This document shows positions 56,852-62,757 of a stretch of 62,757 bases of DNA, one piece after another. The stretch is from NCBI GenBank assembly GCA_000388065.2, contig KB932210.1; one strand, written 5' to 3'. How positions within the stretch are numbered: position 1 is the first letter of the stretch; each line of letters opens with the position of its first letter. Under the pieces are notes generated by a model. It saw only the letters and a program-made list of their open reading frames with translations, was not told the DNA's origin and ran no database searches. The DNA is from Fonticula alba ATCC 38817. Lineage: Eukaryota; Protista; Nucleariida. The translations under genes and the position numbers were made by a program.

Positions 56852-57712
56852 TAACATTCCTTTTTGCCCCTCGGCACCAGCGCCCCCTTCCCCCCCCCGC
56901 ACGGAATAACCACACCAGGACACGGCGCTGCCACGGAGGAGGGCGCGTCGTCAAATGCCGGGCCTCCTTTATTGGTCATTTTAAATAATCCCCCATCATT
57001 GTGTGCCTGGAGTTGCTGCGATACATCCTCCCCCGGTGGGTCTGACGCGCGCGCGCGTGCATGCGTGCGTGTGTGTGTGGCATCCCCGGCGTGTGTGCCG
57101 CCCCAAGAGAGAAAAACACACCCAAAAAAAGTGGCATCCACCCGGCCACCATCCCCCCCTCCGGACGCAGCGCGCCAAGCATATGGACATGCACACACAT
57201 CGGGGGGGGGGACGCGCGCATGCCACACACGAGAGAGAGAGAGAGAAAAGGGCCCACGACGGGAGGCAGCGTTCAATTTTTACAGTGGAGAGGAAGAAAA
57301 TGGGGAAATGTACGAGTCGATATTGAGAGACCTAGACATCTTTACACATCTAGCCTCCCACCCATCAACCCAAAGAGGTGCTCTAGCTTCGCTAAAAATA
57401 TGATTCCCCGTGAAAAGAGGGGGTCTCAGGAGTGTGCGAAGCTGTTATCCTTGGAAAAAAGCCCAGGATGCCCCCGGGTGCCCCGGCCCGGCACGCCCAT
57501 AGCCCCCCGGGCAAGTCCCGGCCCCGCGCCATGCAGACCGGCGCCCTCGGGAAAATGTCATTCCCACACAGAACCCCTGCCGCACAACGAGACACACCAG
57601 CAGGAGGGTACTATTCCCGAAGGGCGCCAGGCGCCCTTCAGGCCAGAACACGGCCCAGGGCGCAGGGGGGGGGGGGGGCGAGAGGCAAGCGGAGGGCGCC
57701 CGGCCGCGGCCC

Positions 57713-58135
57713 TCAGCGCTGGCGGCCGTCGCGCTCGCGGCTACGGCTGCGTCCCCGGCGGCGATCATCGTGGCGGTCGCGCCCGGGCGCCTGGTGCCGC
57801 TGGCTCCGGCTGTGGCGCTCAGCGCCACGGTCTTCGTCCCGATGGCCGCCCCGGGCATGGCTGTCCTGATCCCGGCGACCGGCTCGGTGGTCGTCCTGAC
57901 GGGCATCCGGGTCCCGGCGATGGGAGTCCCGACGGTCGGTGCGATCCTCTCGGCGGTCGGTGCGATCCTCTCGGCGGTCGGTGCGATCCGCTCGGCGATC
58001 ATTGTAATCCTCTCGGCGGTCGGTGCGATCCTCTCGACGATCGCTATATCCCTCTCGGCGGTCGGTGCGATCCTCTCGGCGATCGGCATATCCCTCTCGG
58101 CGATCGGCATATCCCTCTCGACGATCAGCATATCC
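57713..58135 (-). CDS. PPIL4: C-terminal RD/RE/RS-rich tail of PPIL4 (140 aa to TGA), displaced across gaps
   Basis: Frame GYADRREGYADRREDRTDRRE...RGRSRSRERDGRQR* continues the DRREGYA repeats that are cut at the gap at 60789. Confidence 0.75.
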   Translation of the reverse strand, partial: GYADRREGYADRREGYADRREDRTDRREGYSDRREDRTDRREDYNDRRADRTDRREDRTDRREDRTDRRDSHRRDPDARQDDHRAGRRDQDSHARGGHRDEDRGAERHSRSQRHQAPGRDRHDDRRRGRSRSRERDGRQR

Positions 58136-58800
58136 NNNNNNNNNNNNNNNNNNNNNNNNNNNNNNNNNNNNNNNNNNNNNNNNNNNNNNNNNNNNNNNNN
58201 NNNNNNNNNNNNNNNNNNNNNNNNNNNNNNNNNNNNNNNNNNNNNNNNNNNNNNNNNNNNNNNNNNNNNNNNNNNNNNNNNNNNNNNNNNNNNNNNNNNN
58301 NNNNNNNNNNNNNNNNNNNNNNNNNNNNNNNNNNNNNNNNNNNNNNNNNNNNNNNNNNNNNNNNNNNNNNNNNNNNNNNNNNNNNNNNNNNNNNNNNNNN
58401 NNNNNNNNNNNNNNNNNNNNNNNNNNNNNNNNNNNNNNNNNNNNNNNNNNNNNNNNNNNNNNNNNNNNNNNNNNNNNNNNNNNNNNNNNNNNNNNNNNNN
58501 NNNNNNNNNNNNNNNNNNNNNNNNNNNNNNNNNNNNNNNNNNNNNNNNNNNNNNNNNNNNNNNNNNNNNNNNNNNNNNNNNNNNNNNNNNNNNNNNNNNN
58601 NNNNNNNNNNNNNNNNNNNNNNNNNNNNNNNNNNNNNNNNNNNNNNNNNNNNNNNNNNNNNNNNNNNNNNNNNNNNNNNNNNNNNNNNNNNNNNNNNNNN
58701 NNNNNNNNNNNNNNNNNNNNNNNNNNNNNNNNNNNNNNNNNNNNNNNNNNNNNNNNNNNNNNNNNNNNNNNNNNNNNNNNNNNNNNNNNNNNNNNNNNNN
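58136..58800. other. Assembly gap (665 N)
   Basis: Run of N. Confidence 1.
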
Positions 58801-59104
58801 CCTACGTGCCTGGGTGCGTCGCCCGGCGGCCGCGCGGCCTCGATCTTTCCCCCCGCCCGGGTCTCTCCGCCGGCCGGACCGGCCCACCCGGCGCAAGGGT
58901 GCTCCTTTGCGCCCTGCTGCGCCCCCCTCCGGGGTCTGATCAGCACGCGTCGTGAGACCCGGCCGCGCGAGGGGACCGCCAGCCCCCTCCCTCCCCCCCC
59001 CCTCCCCGCCCTCCCCTCCTTTCTTTCGGCTCCCCCTCCCCCCTCTCCCCCCTTTCCCTCTCCGGTTGTCACAAGCCCGTCCCCGGCTGTAGCACGCCCC
59101 TACC

Positions 59105-60392
59105 ATGGTCCGTGGCTGCCTCCGCGCGCTGCCCCTCTTGCGCGTGTCTGCGTGTACCTTCCTTGCACCCTGGCCACTGACATTTCCCCCCCCCCCCTCG
59201 CTCCGCCGCTGTCCTCAGGCCCAAAACGACTATATTGAGTTGGCCCAGAAGCGCCATGGCCAGCGCTTCGACCACGCCGAGCGCACGTACGTGTCCCGCC
59301 GCCGCGCCCCTTTCCCCCTCCCTCTCGTGGCCGGCACGCTGACCGGCATTTCCCCGCCCTCCCCTCCCCCCCCCCTCCCCTGTTCCGGCACAGCCGCAAG
59401 CGCAAGGCCCGCGAGGTCCACAAGCAGTCGCAGTTCGCCCAGAAGGTCCACGGCCTGCGCGCCAAGCTGCACAACCGCAAGCGCCGCGTCGAGAAGATCC
59501 AGATGAAGAAGACGTACGTGTGCCCATCCCCCCTTCCTCGCCTCCCCCCCCGCCCCCTGTGCCCCCCGTCCCGCCCCTGACCCATGCGCCCCGTGCTGTC
59601 GCGCCTGCCCGCACACAGCATCAAGATGCACGAGGAGCGTGCCACCACCAAGCGCGACGACGACGCCGTCCCCGATGGCGCCATCCCCGCCTACCTCATG
59701 GACCGCGAGGGCGTCAACCGGTCCAAGGTCCTGTCCAACATGATCAAGCAGAAGCGCAAGGAGAAGGCCGGCAAGTGGTCCGTCCCCCTGCCCAAGGTCC
59801 GCGGCATGTCCGAGGAGGAGGTCTTCAAGGTTGTCAAGAGTGGCAAGCGCAAGTGTACGTCTGCCCCCCCCCCCCCGCTTCCTTTCTCCCCGCCGCTCCT
59901 CCGCTGACCCGTGTTCCCCCTCCCAGCCAACTCCTACAAGCGCATGGTCACCAAGGTGACCTTCGTCGGCGAGGGCTTCACCCGCAAGGTATGTGCTCGG
60001 GCCGCCGCCATCACCGCCCCCCGGCCTTGCCCCGTCTCTCGGTTGCTGACATTTCCACGCGCTCCCCTCCCCCTCCGCGCGGCGCCCCCTGGACACAGCC
60101 CCCCAAGTTCGAGCGCTTCATCCGGCCCATGGGCCTGCGCTTCAAGAAGGCCCACGTCACCCACCCCGAGCTGCGCACCACCTTCAACCTGCCCATCATC
60201 GGCGTCAAGAAGAACCCCAACTCCGCCCTCTACACCCAGCTCGGTGTCATCACCAAGGGTACCATCATCGAGGTCAATGTCTCGGAGCTTGGTCTCGTCA
60301 CCACCGGCGGCAAGGTCGTCTGGGGCAAGTACGCCCAGGTCACCAACAACCCGGAGAACGACGGCTGCATCAATGCCGTGCTCCTGGTCTAA
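59105..60392 (+). CDS. NSA2: Ribosome biogenesis protein NSA2; exons 59105-59107, 59219-59286, 59394-59513, 59619-59854, 59927-59988, 60099-60392
   Basis: Spliced product [15 protein letters not shown]...[19 protein letters not shown]...[42 protein letters not shown]...[11 protein letters not shown] is the conserved NSA2 sequence. All five introns are GT-AG. Confidence 0.96.
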
Positions 60393-60778
60393 GCGAGAGG
60401 CTGCCCATATCGCGCATGCGCGCGCCTCCTTGTTTTTCCTGCCCTCTCTCGGGCGGGAGACCGACCGAAAGATGGTCCCCTCCCCTTCTCAGAGCATAGG
60501 CGAAAGTGCGCGCCGCCGGGTGCGTGTGCGTTTCTCCCCCCCCCCCCCACCCTGGTGTGCGCATGTGTGGCGGCGGCCGTTAGAGAGATTTGTGCCGCCC
60601 TCGCCCCTCCCCCCCCCCCTCCCCCGGGCACATGTCCGCCCCTTTTCGACGCAGGGCGGGCACCCGGAGCCAGCCCTTGTTGGGGGCGGTGATATGGAGG
60701 GCCCAGGAGGAGGGGGAGGGGGAAGAGAGGGCGCCAGGACGGGCATGCACACATACACACCCGTGTGCCGATCTCCCC

Positions 60779-60788
60779 NNNNNNNNNN
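60779..60788. other. Assembly gap (10 N)
   Basis: Run of N inside the PPIL4 repeat tail. Confidence 1.
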
Positions 60789-62207
60789 CGATCAGCATAT
60801 CCCTCTCGGCGATCGGCATATCCCTCTCGGCGATCGGCATATCCCTCCCGACGATCACCACGAGCCCCTCGACGGCCGTCACGCACAGCCCCACCGGCAG
60901 GACGGTGCCGGAAGTCCGACTGCGAAAAGTCCACCTTGATCCGGCTGTCATCGATCACCACATTGTCCATCTTCAGGTACGCCTCCTCGGCCTCCTCCCG
61001 ACGGGCAAACCGCACGAAGGCATACCCCAGCGACTGGCCGGTCTTCCGGTCGGTGATCACCTCGCACGAGGTCACCCGGCCGAAGCGCCCGAAAATGGTC
61101 TCCAGGTCCCCGGACCGCGTCAGCGGATTCAGCCGCGCCACGAAAAGCACCTGCTCATCCGGCGCCGAGTCCGGCTGCCGCAGGTCCCCCAGCAGCGTCA
61201 GCGTCGTGGCAAAGGCACTGTCGCGCATCTGCTGCGAGCGCTCCGCCACGCGCGCCGCGTCCACCGCCGCCGGGCGCTCGACCATCTCCAGCTCCGTTTC
61301 CGGCAGCAGGCCACGCTTCCATGTGCCCCGCACGCACGCACGCACGCACACACCAGGTCAGTCGCTGTCGCTGTCGCTGTCGCTGTCACGGCCCGCCGCC
61401 CGCCCAGGCGCGGCCGACCGGGCCCCACCCGACACCCCACCGCCACCGGAGGGAGCATACCTTCGCGCGCTCGGCCTCCCACTCGGACACCGGCAGCCGG
61501 ACGCCCGCCAGCCCCGGCGGATCGTCAAACGGATCGTCCACCAGGTGCGCCGCGCGCAGGCGCACATCGTAATACGGCGCGCCGTGCCGGTCCGACTCCA
61601 CCTGCCCCAGCTTGGCCAGCGTGTCATGGCCCTCGGCCACGATGCCGAACACCGTGTGGCGCCGCAGCAGGGCCGCCACACTCTCCGACTCCGACGCCCG
61701 GACCGCCGTGATGAAGAACCGCGACTCATTCCGGTCCGGCCCGGCGTTGGCCATGCACACGTAGCCCACCTGGTCGCCCACCCGGGCCACCGCACGCCGG
61801 GCACCGGCCAGCTCGTCCGCGAAAAAGCGCTCCTCCGGCCTGATCAGCCCGGCCGCCGAGCTGGCGAAGCGCGACGCCCGCGCCCCGGCCGCATCGTGCC
61901 CGCCAATCGGGTCGCCGGTGGCCAGCACAAAGTCCCGCTGGATCTGATGGAAGGGGCTCCCATCGAAGAAGCCCACCTTCGCCAGCTTCAGGAAGTTCCT
62001 GCACGCCGGGGGCCGCCGCCGCGCGTGAGAGTGTCAGTCGCCGTGCGGCCCTGCGGTCGGCCGCCGCCGCCGCCGCCCCTGTGGCCTGCCCCCCCCCCCC
62101 CCGCCGTCCCGGCCCGCGAGGCAAACGCACCGGCACGTCCGGGGACAGTCGTCGACAAACAGATCCACGACAATGTCCCCGAGGATGGTCTCCAGGAGGA
62201 CGCTCAT
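60789..62207 (-). CDS. PPIL4: Cyclophilin-RRM protein PPIL4/Rct1/CYP59 (5' part); exons 62207-62131, 61998-61461, 61315-gap
   Basis: MSVLLETILGDIVVDLF..CRNFLKL..QRDFVLATGDP cyclophilin domain; RRM VLFVARLNPLT...SCEVITDRKTGQSLGYAF...KMDNVVIDDSRIKVDFSQS. Confidence 0.93.
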
Positions 62208-62757
62208 CGGCGTGAAGGGCGCCTGCGTGTGATGGCGCGGGGGGTCCAGCGAAGGAGCCACGAGAGGGAAGGAAGAAGGTGAAAGTAAAGGGCCCGGCTA
62301 GACAGCTGCTGGGCACACAGCGGCAACAGGGGTGTGGCGAGAAGGGGATGGGGGAAAGAGGGAAAGGGTGTCTTGCTCTTGCGCCGCCCCTCTCCCCCCA
62401 CAGGGAGGCGGCGGCCGGTCGATCGGCGCGATCACAAATACCGTCCGAGTGCCAACGGGCGGGGTGCCCGCCGGCGGACGTGACCCCCGAACACCATTCC
62501 CGGGGCACGGGGGCGCCTGTGCCACGCTCGCCGCTCCCCCCCCCCGCCGCCCGGGCGCCGAGGCGCGCCGTCCCCGCCTCCCCCGGCACACAGTGCCCCC
62601 CCCGGCACACAGTGCCCCCCCCGGCCGCGACGCCCGGCCAGCCGCCCGCCCCGCGGGGTGTGTGTATGCCTCAGGCGCGCGTTGCGTCCCCGGACGCGTG
62701 TGCACGCCCGCACCGGGGAGCGGGGAGCGGGGGGGGGGGCGGGGGGGCGGCGGGGCG

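Noticed and set aside
57061-59238. ORFs of 310-725 aa spanning the N gap
   Set aside because: Artefacts of translating through Ns; the real frame is the minus-strand PPIL4 tail.

Overview
Very GC-rich eukaryotic nuclear DNA. It has spliceosomal introns (GTACGT/GTGCGT/GTATGT donors, CTGAC/CTAAT branch points), so most of the supplied ORF track is GC-driven or antisense noise. The style suggests a protist opisthokont, possibly Fonticula-like; that is inference only. Supported protein genes: an intronless, probably mitochondrion-targeted protein with 8-9 tandem HTH-like repeats (5876-7936, minus); two spliced orphan genes; a ~4,070-aa TEP1 homologue (TROVE-DUF4062-NACHT-WD40, 4 exons); NSA2 (6 exons); and PPIL4, whose RD/RE-rich tail is displaced across two assembly gaps. 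There are 17 intact tRNA genes interleaved with Ty3/gypsy material. The strongest signals are: (i) two diverged solo LTRs of one family, each with a perfect 5-bp TSD, inserted 34 and 36 bp upstream of different tRNA genes in the same orientation, pointing to a tRNA-gene-targeted LTR retrotransposon; (ii) two related elements with long open frames but complementary domains (Gag+inactive integrase versus Gag+inactive protease+RT); and (iii) LTR-to-PBS complementarity with a compensatory change, as expected for Tf1/sushi-type self-priming.
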